This document shows, piece after piece, positions 11,735-23,517 of a stretch of 64,000 nt of DNA. Where the stretch lies: contig JAYWIR010000091.1 in assembly GCA_036172245.1 (NCBI GenBank), positions 186,001 through 250,000 on the forward strand, written 5' to 3'. This DNA comes from Raillietiella orientalis. Its lineage: Eukaryota. Position 1 is the stretch's first letter. The number at the start of each line of letters is the position of its first letter. The notes under the pieces are model-generated. The model was not told where the DNA came from. It saw only the letters and a program-made list of their open reading frames with translations, and searched no databases. A program made the translations under genes and the position numbers.

Positions 11735-13329
11735 CATTTGGAGGACTTTTTTTCCTTCACCCCTTAAAGGGTAGTAGGAAAGCGCTTTCTTGTGTGTGGT
11801 GTTTTGTGTACATCGTAAGTGTCCAATGGCCACGACGCCAGAGGACACCGCGATGGAGGTGGGAGTGGGGGAGGCTAGTTCGCCCCACAGAATACTGGAG
11901 CAGAGGCAGCCGCCCCGGAATCATCCCCGGCCACGCCGAGGACATGGAGCGCCATGGTGGCCGCGCCCAGCGCAGAAGCCATGGCGGAGATGGCCGCATA
12001 CAAGGCCTCCGGGTACAAGCCATCGCTTGTCTACCAGGTAGGCAACTTGTTCGACGGCCGGACAGCGCACGCCTTCAGCAAAGCGTTGAAGGACGCGAAT
12101 GTTACAGAGAAGGATCTGGACGGCCTCTCCGTCCTCAGCGGCGGGCAGCGGGTCGAGGTGGTCTGCAAAGATGTCACCTTGGCTCACCGCCTAATCCATG
12201 CGCCGCTGAACGTAGACGGCCGCAAGATCCTGCCAGTATCCATGGACCGCTTCGTGGTGGTCCACATGACTGGCATCACCAGCCGCATGACGCGGTCAGC
12301 GGTTGGTGAGGAATTGAGAAAGTACGGTGAGGTGCACGCACTGTGGCCGAAACCCTCCATTTTCGACGGCTTCGATAGCCATTTTGGTGGGCAGGCTGCA
12401 GCGCGGGTCACCGTACGGGAGAATTGTGGGCTTCCCCACAAACTACAGGTGGCGCAAGAAAACGTCGACCTGTGGTATGTAGGAAAGCCCCGGTATTGCG
12501 GGCATTGTGATACCGTGGGACACCTACGTAAAAGGTGTCCCAATATACAATGCCATTTGTGCGGGAGCGGGGCCACGTTCGGCGCGTGTGTCCCAAACGC
12601 CCCCCCCCGGTTCCCCCTGCCGCGAAAAAAGCGCAGGAGAAACGTGCTTCAAAGGTCTCTAGACCTAAAGTAGAAAAGGGCCAGCACAAGCTGCCAACAC
12701 CTCAACCTCCGGAGCGTAAGCCGGAGGATAAACCTTCTGAAACGGTGGAAGGCGAAGAGGGATGGCAGCTTGTAGAGGCCAGAAAGCCGAGGAAACTCCC
12801 ACCCGCGGAGAGCAAAGAGCGCAAGACGGCCGGTAAGCCGAAGAAACCCGGTCCGCGCTCGAAAACTTTGCGCGAGTGCACGGTAGCACTGCAACGAATC
12901 GTCGTTCCCGAGATTGCCACCCGGAGCGTCGATCCTCCCCTTGCCGTTTCCGCTGCGCCCGAGGCTCGCGACAGCGAACCCTCTGTTTACACAGAGGGTG
13001 AGCCGCGCGACATAGCGGCGGTCGAAGCCGCGGACGCCGCGTTCGCGCAGGCGGCGGAGGAGCTCGCGGTCACGCTGGCCGAGCGTGAGAACCCCTCGCG
13101 CAAGGCCGTGCGAAGGCCGGCTTTGGCGAAGAAGGCCCCCAAAGGTGAGTTAGACCTGGGGGCTGGAAGCACATCCTCCTACTCGGAGGCACCCCCCAGG
13201 AAGTCGGAACGCAAGTCCCAGAAGCCCAGGAGGCGCCTCCCCTCCACCAGCGAGGAGGAGAAGACGGAAGCCGTCGCCAGCGTGGGAAATTCGGAGGAGG
13301 AATTCCCACGCTCGGAAGCCGTCGATCCG

Positions 13330-13495
13330 GCCACCCCCATGGAGGAGGGTGAACAGGGGGGTGAAGTCCCTCCTGCAGGCGCCGACCCTGAAAAGCCCGC
13401 CCCCATGGAGGAGGGCGAACAGGTAGGCGCGACTCCACCTGCGGGTGATCCGGCCGACGCGCCGGCACCGATGGAGGAGGGGGACCAGGTGCCTT
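13330..13495 (+). repeat. ~66-bp coding repeat (PMEEGEQ..., 3 copies) in family C ORF1 C-terminus
   Basis: PATPMEEGEQGG / KPAPMEEGEQVG / APAPMEEGDQV; related copies at ~44340-44495 (minus). Confidence 0.8.
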
Positions 13496-14048
13496 CAGCA
13501 CCTGACCCCCCTGCTCCACCTAGCGTCCCGCCCCAGCAGGTGGCGGACGCCGCACTGCCATCTTCCCAGGAGTAACACCTGGGCTCGCCAGTCGCCGTCG
13601 GATTCGCGCGGCCTGTTAAAATGTCAACGGGCTGCGCGACAACGGTAACAGGCGAGATACAGCCGACACCCTGCGGGAGTTCGACCTGGCCCTGTTGCAG
13701 GAGATCCACGTGATCACCGCGGCAGACGTCCAGGAGATCGAGACGATCGCGGGGGGTCGGCTGTACTGGCAACGCGGCATCCGCACCACCTGCGGGGTCG
13801 CGTTCTTCGTGAAGCCGGCCATCGACGCTGCCGTGAAGGGCGTGCGCTTCGATGGCGACGGTCGGGTCGGTCAGCTGACTCTCGGCTGGTCCGACTTGAT
13901 CGATCTGATCGTCACGAATGTGTACGCCTTAACCAATCAAAAGGGATACAGCAACCGTACCCGGCTGCTTGAATCCCTGAAGCGCGACTGGCTGGCGAAC
14001 ACGAGCGTGCGGAAAGCTCACCTGATACCGGGAGATTTCAATCGAGTG

Positions 14049-14056
14049 CGGACGTG
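14049..14056 (+). promoter_or_regulatory. CGGACGTG 5'-terminal motif (DPE-like putative internal Pol II promoter element); representative copy
   Basis: Also at 10305-10312 (+) and, on minus, ~29020 (TGGACGTG), ~33833, ~37854, ~43767, ~46146, ~55577; matches DPE consensus RGWYV. Confidence 0.65.
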
Positions 14057-14121
14057 TTTTTCTTCGCTCTCGTCTCCGTGCTTTCATCCGCTTCATCTTG
14101 GCGTCGTACATTTTGACGACG

Positions 14122-16038
14122 ATGTCGACCCAACTTGAAGCTACTGAAGTTGGAGGAACAGCATCCGGATATGCAATCGCGGAACCGACGGCCGCCTCCA
14201 CTTCGTCTTTCTCGCCAATGCAGAGGAGTTTTGCTGACGTTGCTGCCACAGCAGCCGTCAAAGGGAAACCACTCGACGAGTCGGAGTTGCGGGCATACGT
14301 AGCCCAAGGCTATAGACCTGCTCTCCGATATAAGGTGAGTGGTTTTCTTTCTGCGCGCGACGGGAATGAGTTCAACGATGAACGGACCCGTGATGACGTG
14401 CGGGAGGAGGACCCTCTCGCCATTATGCCCGTAAAAGACATGGGCTATTTCAAAGTGCGTTGCAAAGACGCTGCACTTGTGCAACGCTTGCTGCGCACAC
14501 CGTTGTCGATCCGTGGCCAGAAGGTCTTCCCGACCGCCATGGACGACTCATTTGTGGCGGAGATTTTCGACATCGTGTCGGAAATCTCCGATATTGATAT
14601 TCGGAACGCTTTGCGAAATTCGCCACGGTCCATGCGCTGTGGAGGGTGCGTAGCAACCTCAAGGACTTCCCGTCCATACACAGCGGAGTCGCTGGAGTCC
14701 CGCTTACAATGCCTGATCGCCGTCGGCTGCACAGCAAATTACAGATGAAAGACACGGTCGTTCACCTGTGGTTCGTGGGCAAAGAAAGAACGTGCGAGCA
14801 ATGCTGGAAGGAGGGGCATTGTATGGATGAATGTCTCTCTGGAAAAAGCCGTTATTGCAAACTATCCGGGCACCAATTGTAAAATTGCCCGGATCTTTTG
14901 CAAAAAAAGGCAGCCGCGGAGCTCCATCTTAAAAAACAAAGCGCGGATAAAAAGAAAAAATTTGCGAAAAACCTGGAGACCCCACGGCAGAAATTCCTCA
15001 AAAACGCGAGGCGGAATATCGCCACAAAGTAGCAGGAAACCTCGCACGCGAAGCCCTGCGCGCCCCCTCTCGCGGCAGGTAAGCCGCAAAAGAAAGAGTG
15101 CGGAGAATCCGGGGCAATGGTAAGTCTCCCAAGGCGCAATAGCTGTCCTTCCCAAGCACGCCCGGCTCTTTCAGAGTTCGAGCAACCGGCGGGGACGTCA
15201 ATGGACAACGGCGGTAAGGACACTTCCAGTACCGTTAGATCCAATCCTTCACCTCCTGCAGTGACTGAGAAGCGCAAATCGGGTAAGAAGGGTTGTGCAG
15301 TGTCGACTTCGAAAGTCGGCAAAAAAGAATCCGCGTCGCGATCCAACACCGCGAAAGCGGAGAAAAATCTCACGCTGTCGCAGTCGGAGAGCAAGCTCTC
15401 GACTGGCGCGGATGCCATGCCAACGAAGGGATTAAAAGCCCTTCCGAAAGCAGCGTCCATGACGAGCGTGTCGGAGCCATCGAAAGTGCTCCCGTTTAAA
15501 GACACGGATGGCTTGAAAGATGGCAATGGAGCAGAATCTCCATATACGGCGCCACGCGAAGTGAGGAACCGTAATGAAGTAAAGAAGACTTCAGCAAAGC
15601 TCCCTCGTGCAACTGCGCGTGAGCACGCTGAGAACGCGCGCGCCGGGAAAGCAGCCGTCACCAAAAGCGATGGAGACGTAAAAATACAACAGGACAGCTG
15701 TCAATCCAGCAGAACCTGTCACTACTTCCCGGAAGGCCGAAACTCGATCGAACATGCGTCTGTCGAATTCCGAAATGGATTCCGTCCCGATCACCGAGAC
15801 GAGGACAACTCGTTCGAAAGCGTGTGCGCGCCGATCAAAAGTAGGCAGCCAGGCAACGCGAGCCGCGAAGCCACGCGAAGTCTCCACGAAACCCGACGGG
15901 GTTAAGCCTGGCGTGGATGCATTACATGCATGCAGCACGACAGAGGACGGTGGCGAACGTCCCCTCCAGCCAGTCGTGCAGCTCGCCGTCTGCTTGCCGG
16001 ATAAAGCGAGCAAAAAGCCGCCGCCTTCCCAGCAGTAA
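14122..16038 (+). pseudogene. B1 ORF1 (gag-like, two CCHC knuckles, long low-complexity tail), frameshifted
   Basis: MSTQLEATEVGG...CEQCWKEGHCMDEC...YCKLSGHQL...PVVQLAVCLPDKASKKPPPSQQ* spread over several frames. Confidence 0.9.
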
Positions 16039-19000
16039 TGCGGGGAATGGCGTCTTCTCGTCGTCTGTCCGTAACGTGTTGAAACGTGAACGGACTACAG
16101 AACGATGAGAAGAGACGATTAGTAGCCAACGCCCTGCGCCCCTTCGACCTCGCGCTCCTGCAGGAGATTCACGTAATCTCCGACGAGCAGAGAGCCGAAA
16201 TCGAGGAGCGCGCAGGCGAAACGCTACATTGGCGGTGCGACGGCGCACACACGTGCGGCGTCGCGTTCCTCGTAAGAGGAAAAATGGCGGAAGCGGTGCG
16301 TAGTGTTCGTTTCTATGACGACGGACGGATAGGCCAGCTTGTCATAAAGTGGTCCGATTCCATCGATCTCGTCGTTACGAACGTCTACGCGCCGAGTGGA
16401 TCTCGCTACCTCGGAGAAAGAGTAGCTTTCTTTGGTGAGGTGCAGAGTTACTGGCTCAAAAACTTTGGTTTCCAAGTGGCGCACCTCGTTGCTGGGGACT
16501 TCAACGTCCGCCTGCTCTCCGACGATTGGAGCCGCCCGAAAGAGCGCGCGCTGCCCATCGAGATGTGCGCGTCCGTGCACGCCGCCAACTTGATGGTCAG
16601 CAAACCTGGAATGGAAAGATCGCTCGATCACGTTTTCCTCGATGAAAACCTGCATTCGCGTGTGGGAGGAGAGTTAGATTGTTGACTAGGCTTTCTGACC
16701 ACCACAGGTTGGAGTTTGAGATCCTTCCGCCAGGCAGGGTACCTCAGTTGCAAAACTGAAGGATGCAGGCGGATTGGCTTAGCCAACCGGTGGCTGCGGA
16801 GCATCTACGTGGATACCTCCGAGGCTTTGCCATTCAAGAACTTGCGGACTGGGACGATCTCAAAAGATCTGTCCGCGAGTTCTGCTGCCAATTCCCCTTG
16901 CACCGGCTTCCACGCGGTTTTGGAGAGGGTGTGGCCAACAGTAGAGACTTTCTGCAGGCCCGCACGTGTTCGAGACGCGCCTATGTCGGGCGTCTGGCAG
17001 AGTACAAGGCGAGGTCCGAGCACCAGGTCTGGCAGTCCGGAGCAGCATGCCTGTTGGACGACAAGGGCCAGGAATGTTCGGCCCCAGCCGAAGTACGCCG
17101 CATTGTGAGACGCTATCACTCCTCTCTGTACGCGGAATCCCCGACGAAGGATATTCTTTCTGAGATACTCCTGTCTCAGGATGCTCGTGTTGTCGGCGAA
17201 GAGGAACGCGAACGTCTCGACGAGCCCTTCACGGCGGATGAATTTTCGTGCGCAATCGTTCGGCTGAAGAGACGAAAGGCGCCAGGCGAGGATGGGCTCC
17301 CTGCAGAGTTTTATCAGTGCTTTGCAGTGGAGCTCATTCCCTTGTTGCTGAAACTCGCGACGCTGATGAGTGAATCCGGGAATGTCCCTGATTCCTCCCG
17401 CTCAGCGAAGGTGCGTCTCATGCCGAAAGGCGTAGACTTGCGTCAACTTAACAACTGGCGTCCGATCACCTTGTTGAACTCGGACCTCAAGTTGTTTTCC
17501 AAGCTGTGGGTCGAGCGGTTAGGAAGTTTCGCGGAATCTGTGGTGAGCCCGCAACAAACCTGCGCGGTTCCGGGACGATCCCTGGAGGCGAACGTCATTT
17601 TCGCGCGTACATGGATGCAGCTGCAGGAAGTTGTGGCGCAGCAAAGCCAGGCTGCTGCGAAAGTCACTGCCGCAGGCAAGAAGAACAGGCGCCGACGGCA
17701 GGAGGGAACGCCAGGTGCCTTGTCGGTGGCAGTCGATCTCCTGAAGGCGTTCGACTGCGTAAACCAGAAGCTGCTTTTGGAGCTTATGGAACGCCTTAAG
17801 TTCCCGGTGCAACTCCTGCTGTATTTGCGCGCGAGCTGGCGCCACGCGCTAACCTGCATTACTTTCAGCGGCTGCCGCGTGTATGGTATTCCCGTTCGTA
17901 GCGGCATCCGTCAGGGCGACAGCTTAAGCCCGTTGCTCTTCAGCATCTTCTTTGGGTTGGCGCTAAGAGCATACAGGCTGATGCTGTCTTACTTGCCAAG
18001 CTCCTGCCCGGGAACGCCTGCCGTGGCCGCGTACACTAATAACCTGCTTCTTCTGCTCCCCATGTCCACCCCGGCGTCCAGTGTCGAGGATTTCTTCGAC
18101 CTGATTCGTCGGGGAGCGGGCGTGAGCGTGAACAGAGAGAAGAGCGTGAACGTTCCTGTGGGTACGTCGTCGGAGGGGCACTCCGACTGCATCCGCCTGG
18201 GGATCCCTACTGGCGGGTACTTTGAGTACCTTGGCGTTCCGTTGGGCTTTCGGCGCAGCCGAAGCGTGGGCGGACTGTCTTCAGAAAGCAGAGTTGGCCA
18301 TCAGCCCGTTCTTTAACGGCAAGTTTACCTTGAAAGAACGGGCGACTATTTGGAACACCATCGTGGCCCCCCTCCTCCGTCCCCTGTTCTTTGTTTTGGA
18401 CCCCCCCTATGCGGCAAAACAGCGGGCTAAGCGCCTGCTCAGGAACGCTCACTGGGGTCCAGCGAGATCCAGGATCCGCCTTAAAGATTTCTTAGCTCCG
18501 CGTCTGGATGCTGGTTTGGGTATCTTGACAATGGAGCGAATCGGACTGCAGGTGCAGTTCCGACTGCTGGCACTGTGTGCCCAGCAATGGACATCCCCCC
18601 TGTGTGTGCAAGCCCGCATTCTCCTGCGGAGATGCGCCGGCAGCGGAGGATTTCTCTCGCTTTTGCCGGGTACTCAATACAGGAAGCGGGGTTTCGGGTT
18701 TCCATTGCGGCAGTTGACCGCACTTCTGGAAGCACACCCTTGGATGTCCTGCCGCCCAATGAACTTTGAAGCTTGGCGGCAGGAGTCTGTTGAATCCTGG
18801 GCGGCGTTCCAAGGAATACGCCCTGAAGATCTTCGCCCCCTGCGCCAATTTTTTCCACGATCCTTGGAAGAAGTACTGCAGGACGAGGTGAAGTTTTCTA
18901 CCCTTGCTGCCACGCCTCTTGCCGCAGCGCTGTCTGCCCTCAGGGCAAAAAACGACAGTTACCAACCGGCGAGGTGGGAGGTTTCCTGCACGATAGCGGG

Positions 19001-19628
19001 AAGAACCAAACTCCTTGGCACCTGGAAGACAAGTGAGTTGGCGGACGCCGCCACTCTTCGTGTTACTGCAAAGGGACTCCTCCGGTGGACAGAAGAACTT
19101 GCTGTCACCCCCGAAGAACTTGTAGTCCCTCCACAGTGTATGGACAGTTCGCTGCTCCCCCTTGCTTGGAAACAAGCCGTTCTGCTTTTCGTTCACTGGG
19201 GTTTTCAGTGCAACGAGCGTTGGCATCGTGACTCCGGGGGACTTGCGTCTGAGAATTGCGTTCGGTGCGGATCGACGGAGTCGATTCCGCACCTACTTCT
19301 GGACTGCGGTGTCCTACAAGGACTGTTGCGTAGGCTGGCAACAGCACGAATGCATCCCGTGGACACCGCAAGAGACTTGCTGCGACGATTCTTCACGCCG
19401 AGCGGGCTTTCACTAAGCGCAAGGATTGCAACCATCGGTTGCATACGCGCGATAGTTTCCGTCCGCCAGGCGTTGGTAATCAACGGACGGCACCAAGAGG
19501 TAATCAGCAAAGCATCCTTCTACATGGGAGCATCCGCTAGATGGCCTCATTTGACAGAGGAGACAAAGAGTAATCTCGCCGCAATACACCGCCGGTTGAC
19601 ACACCCTCATCAGCGGACAACCCGGTGA
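16038..19628 (+). pseudogene. B1 ORF2 (APE endonuclease - RT - CCHC), few disablements; YADD altered to YTNN
   Basis: ORFs 16086..16685, 16763..18316, 18222..19628: QEIH, NVYAP, GDFN, LDH, KAPGEDGLP, NWRPITLLNSD, DLLKAFD, QGDSLSP, CVRCGSTESIPHLLLDC. Confidence 0.95.
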
Positions 19629-19911
19629 TCATTGCTCTACCCTCCATAAACTAAATATGTATTTTCTTTTTACACCCGCATCCCCATAGGCTCCGGAACA
19701 TGTTAGGTGCTCATCGTATAAATCCCCGTGAGTACGGAGCCTAACCAAAAACCCGTTACCCTTCGCTCCAGTTTTTGATTTTTGTTTGTTTCCCCTCATT
19801 CCTCCCGCGCTGCGAGCGGTTTGTTTACCAGGCCTGCGTGCCGGTAATTTTTCTATGTTCTCTGTCGTTCTGTTGGTTAAGGACATTGTCCCTGACCAGT
19901 TTATTATTATT

Positions 19912-19941
19912 AATAAACGCCCCGGCGTGACCGGGTGATAA
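19912..19941 (+). terminator. 3'-terminal AATAAA plus CCCGG..CCGGG stem-loop; representative copy
   Basis: Recurs at the end of every 3'-intact element, in several lineages with otherwise dissimilar 3' UTRs. Confidence 0.75.
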
Positions 19942-22900
19942 ATTTCAATGTCCGCCTGCTAACAGGTGAGCCGGAAACACATGTGAACGCGATGAACGGG
20001 TTGTGCGCCACGATGCGTGAGCGCAACTTGTTCGCGTGTGAGAGAGGAATGGTCCGCAGCATCGACCACGTCTTCCTGGACGCTGACCTGTGTTCACGAG
20101 TCGGCAAACGGGGGAGGGTTGCGTCGACGTTGTCGTTCCATTCCCGGTTAATTTTCGAGATGCGGCCTCGCGACAAAGGACCGCCATCCAGGGATTGGCG
20201 TCTGCCGGGGGACTGGACGCGACTCTCAGGTGCGAAGGAAAACCTTCGCGAATACCTGAGAGGCGTCACGCTCCGGAATCTCCAGGACTGGGACCTTTTT
20301 AAAGAATCGGTCCGCGAGTTCTGTGAGAAGTTCCCCCTGGATCGCCTGCCCCCCGGATTCAACAAGGGTGCTCGCAACCATTGGGCCTATTTACAGGCTG
20401 GTAGGTACGCGAGAACCTTTAATGTTCGTCGCCTGGCCGAGTACCGCGCCGGGGCCGAACGCCAAGCCTGGCAATCCGGGTCGGCCAGCTTGCTGGACGA
20501 CCAAGGCCGGGAATGTTCGTCCCCGGCGTCGGTACGGCATCTCGTGCGGAGTTTCTATTCCTCCCTTTACGCCAGGGAGCCCCCGGATCGAAACGCCTCT
20601 CGGCGCTTGCTTCCGGATGGCGCCCCGGCAATAGGGGAGGAGGAGATGAAAAGCCTCGAGGAGCCTTTTACCACCGGCGAAATTCTCGCCGGTATCAAAA
20701 GGCTCAAGAGGCGTTAAGCTCTAGGGGAAGACGGCTTGCCCGCGGAGTTCTTTCAGAGCTTCGCGGAAGAGCTGGCACCCCTGCTGCTTAAGTTGATCAG
20801 GCTGATCCGAGACGAAGGCGATGTTCCCGCCTCGTTTCGGTCAGCCTGAGTGAGGCTCCTTTTGAAAGGGGGAGACCTCAGGGATTTAAAGAACTGGCGT
20901 CCGATCACGATCGTGAATACGGACGGCAAGTTGATAGCAGGGCTATGGGCTTCGCGTCTGGGGCAGGTGGCAGAATCGGTAATTAGCCCGGAGCAGACTA
21001 ATGCTGTTCCCGGGCGAAGTATGGATGCCAACCTCTTCTTCGCAAGCACATGGGTGCACTTGCAGGGAAGAGAAAAGAAAGGGATAGGGAAAGTCGGCAA
21101 CCCCACATTGGGGCCGCAAGCCGGGCTGGGAAGGGACCCCCGGGCGGGGAAGGGGGCCCTAGCGCTCGCAGTCGATCTCCACAAGGCGTTCGACTTTGTA
21201 GACAAGGAACTCCTCTTGGAGCTCCTGGGTCGCATGGGCTTTCCACCCTCCCTGATTTCCTACCTGCGCTCTTGCTGGCGGAATGCGATAATTACGGTCT
21301 CTTTCAGCGGTCACAAGGTGCATGACGTGCCGGTGCGGCGGGGCATTAAGCAGGGAGATAGCCTCAGCCCCCTGCTATTCAGCACCTACTTTGATTTGGT
21401 GCTGAGAGCGTACAGGGTGACTCTAGCCCCATTGCCGAGCTCGTGCCCCAGCACGCCCGCCGTTACAGCGTACGCCGACGATCTTCTGCTCTTGTTGCCA
21501 ATGTCCACCCCGGCAAAGGCGGTCGGAGACTTCTTCGATCTGCTCAGTCGCAGGAACTGACTGCAGGTTAACAAGGCGATGTCGTCGGTTGTGCCAATAG
21601 GAGCGGCGTTGGCAGGGCAGCAGGACTGGGTCCGTGATGGGATCCCCACGGCGAGGTGCTTCAAGTACCTTGGTGTGCCGTTGGGGGACTACTCCCCTGC
21701 GGAAGCGTGGTCCAGCTGCCTCCAAAAAGTCGAGACGGCGATCGGCCCGTTCCTGGAAAGCAAGTTTCACTTGCCGGAACGGGCCGCGGTTTGGAACGCC
21801 TTCGCGGCCCCCATCCTCCGCCCTTTGCTTTTTGTTTGCCCCTTCACCGTGGAATCCAAGAAGAGGACGAAGGACCTCCTCCGTATCGCCCTTTGGGGCA
21901 AGGGGAGGCCCCGAGTCTCACTGAAGGACTTGTGCGCTGCGCGTTGGGACGGCGGTCTTATCCTCCTGACGCTGGAGCGCGTGGAGAAGCAGCTGCGGTG
22001 GCGAACCCTCGCCATCGAAGCGAAGATGTGGAGCACCCCTTGGTGCACTCCGGCCCGCCTTCTGGCCAGGCATGTGTCCCGGTGCGATGGACTCGCGTCT
22101 TTTTTTTCTGAGCCGTGGCCCGAAGATGCAAAGATGCGGCCTACTGCTCGGGCGCATGGCAACATTGGCCAAGGAGAACAGCTGGATGGTTTGCTGCCCA
22201 GCCAACTCCCCCGCCTGGCTGGAGGAGAATATTGGAACGTGGGCAGTAGTTAACCAGAGAAGCCACGAGACGTGGAATCGTCTCCCATGCAGCCCCTACG
22301 CCCGCTGCACGCTGCGAAATCTCCTGGAGAGTCCAGCAAGATGCACGTGGGCAGAGACGACCTGCCTAGCTACGGCGCTGCCCTTCCTCAGGAGGCACTT
22401 CACAGCAGACGGACGCCAAGGTGGCAAGTCTCCTGCTGCATCGAGGGACGCGAAAAATTGATCAGCGGCTGGACAACAGGAGAACTAGCCGACGCCACGA
22501 CCCAGAGCGTCCAGCCGCGAGGATTATTAAGATGGGACGAGCTGCTCGCTATCCCCAGGGATGAGCTGAAGTGGCCCCCGGTGATGAAAGAATCCAGGAT
22601 CCTGCCCCTTAAGTGGCAAGAGTCGGCGTTGCTTCTGTTGCACTGGGGTCTACCCTGCAACGCGCGCCGCTTCCACTGCACGAGGGGAGCTGTGGATCCC
22701 GCGTGTGCCAGGTGCGGGGAGCGGGAGTCGCTTCCCCACCTTATTGTGGATTGTGCTGCCCTCCGACCCCTTTGGGAACGGTTTGGGACGACCCTCGGGC
22801 TACCTACAGGCAGCACACCCAGAGACGTTCTTCGGCCCCTCTTCGTGAAGGACGCACTGCAGCCAGCCGCAGCCATCGCAGCCTTGTGCTGCATCCGAGG

Positions 22901-23283
22901 TATCGTGGCGGCATGGAGCGACGCCAACAACGAAGGAGTGGGTCCACAGGGGAAAGATGTCATCCCGTATGCCCAACGCTTCTTGCGGAGAGCTGCCGGA
23001 TGGCCCCAACTGGGGAATATGCAGACTGACCTCGAGGGCTTCGTTCGACGAATGGGCCCTCCCCACAGCGACCAGTGATCCCTTCCCTGCCCTCCAACTT
23101 CTTTTTGTTTGTTTCTTGTTATTTTTCTCTTTGTCTTATCCCCATCTGCCTTCCCTGTCGGAGAGTGCGACGCCGGGCTGCGTTCCGTTGTCCCGACAGG
23201 TCGCGTGTTTACGGCCGTGGTGGGGCCTCGTACCACGCATATAGAGTTTACAAATAAACGCCCCGGGCGTACCCGGGTGACAA

Positions 23284-23517
23284 CGCCGAATCCCCATTGC
23301 AGACGTTTCACAGGGAACTTTTTGCAGAACTCCCGGACCGAGTCCTTAAATAGATCCCAATACGCGAGTCTCTGGAGGCTGACGCCTCGCAGGAATTCGC
23401 GAAGATGGTCTTTCGCTCCTGACAGGCGCGTCCAGTCCCCTGTCATACGCCAATCATTGGATGGCGGTCCCTTGTCGCGAGGAGGCATTTCGAATAATAA
23501 CCGGAAATGGTCCGTCA
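23284..23517 (-). pseudogene. Short inverted family C ORF2 linker fragment (TDHFR to GFG), host of the C1 3' end
   Basis: Minus strand reads MPPRDKGPPSNDWR...VREFCKKFPVKRLQWGFG. Confidence 0.85.

Larger units (their letters stand above)
14043..19941 (+). mobile_element. Family B copy 1, full length (~5.9 kb) with 8-bp TSD ATTTCAAT
   Basis: TSD at 14035-14042 and 19942-19949; removing the insert restores host GDFNVRLL; 5' CGAGTGCGGACGTG; 3' AATAAACGCCCCGGCGTGACCGGGTG-ATAA. Confidence 0.96.
11735..23283 (+). mobile_element. Family C copy 1, near full length (ORF1 11826-13575; ORF2 13575-14042 + 19950-23078), interrupted by B1
   Basis: ORF1 CGHCDTVGHLRKRC; APE QEIH...GDFN|VRLL...SIDH; RT DLHKAFD, QGDSLSP, AYADD (~21470); CARCGERESLPHLIVDC; terminus AATAAACGCCCCGGGCGTACCCGGGTG-ACAA. 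Confidence 0.92.

Noticed and set aside
11720..11760. C1 5' junction as a GFG-site insertion
   Set aside because: It joins A1 ORF1 with only a degenerate 5' motif and no target copy. A deletion or off-target junction is more likely, and it is an exception to the C rule.
16763..18316. Bacterial RT system (group II intron, retron, DGR) or LTR element
   Set aside because: Gag-like ORF1, APE domain, C-terminal CCHC, 5' truncations and AATAAA ends fit eukaryotic L1/Tx1 elements. No integrase, RNase H, LTRs or template-repeat pair was seen.
14043..19941. Currently active intact element
   Set aside because: B1 and B2 both carry stops and frameshifts. No copy in the window has two intact ORFs.
12900..19949. 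Single inverted segmental duplication explaining C1+B1 and C2+B2
   Set aside because: Hosts look more diverged than inserts by eye, and B2 is followed by another B rather than the rest of C. Not formally quantified.
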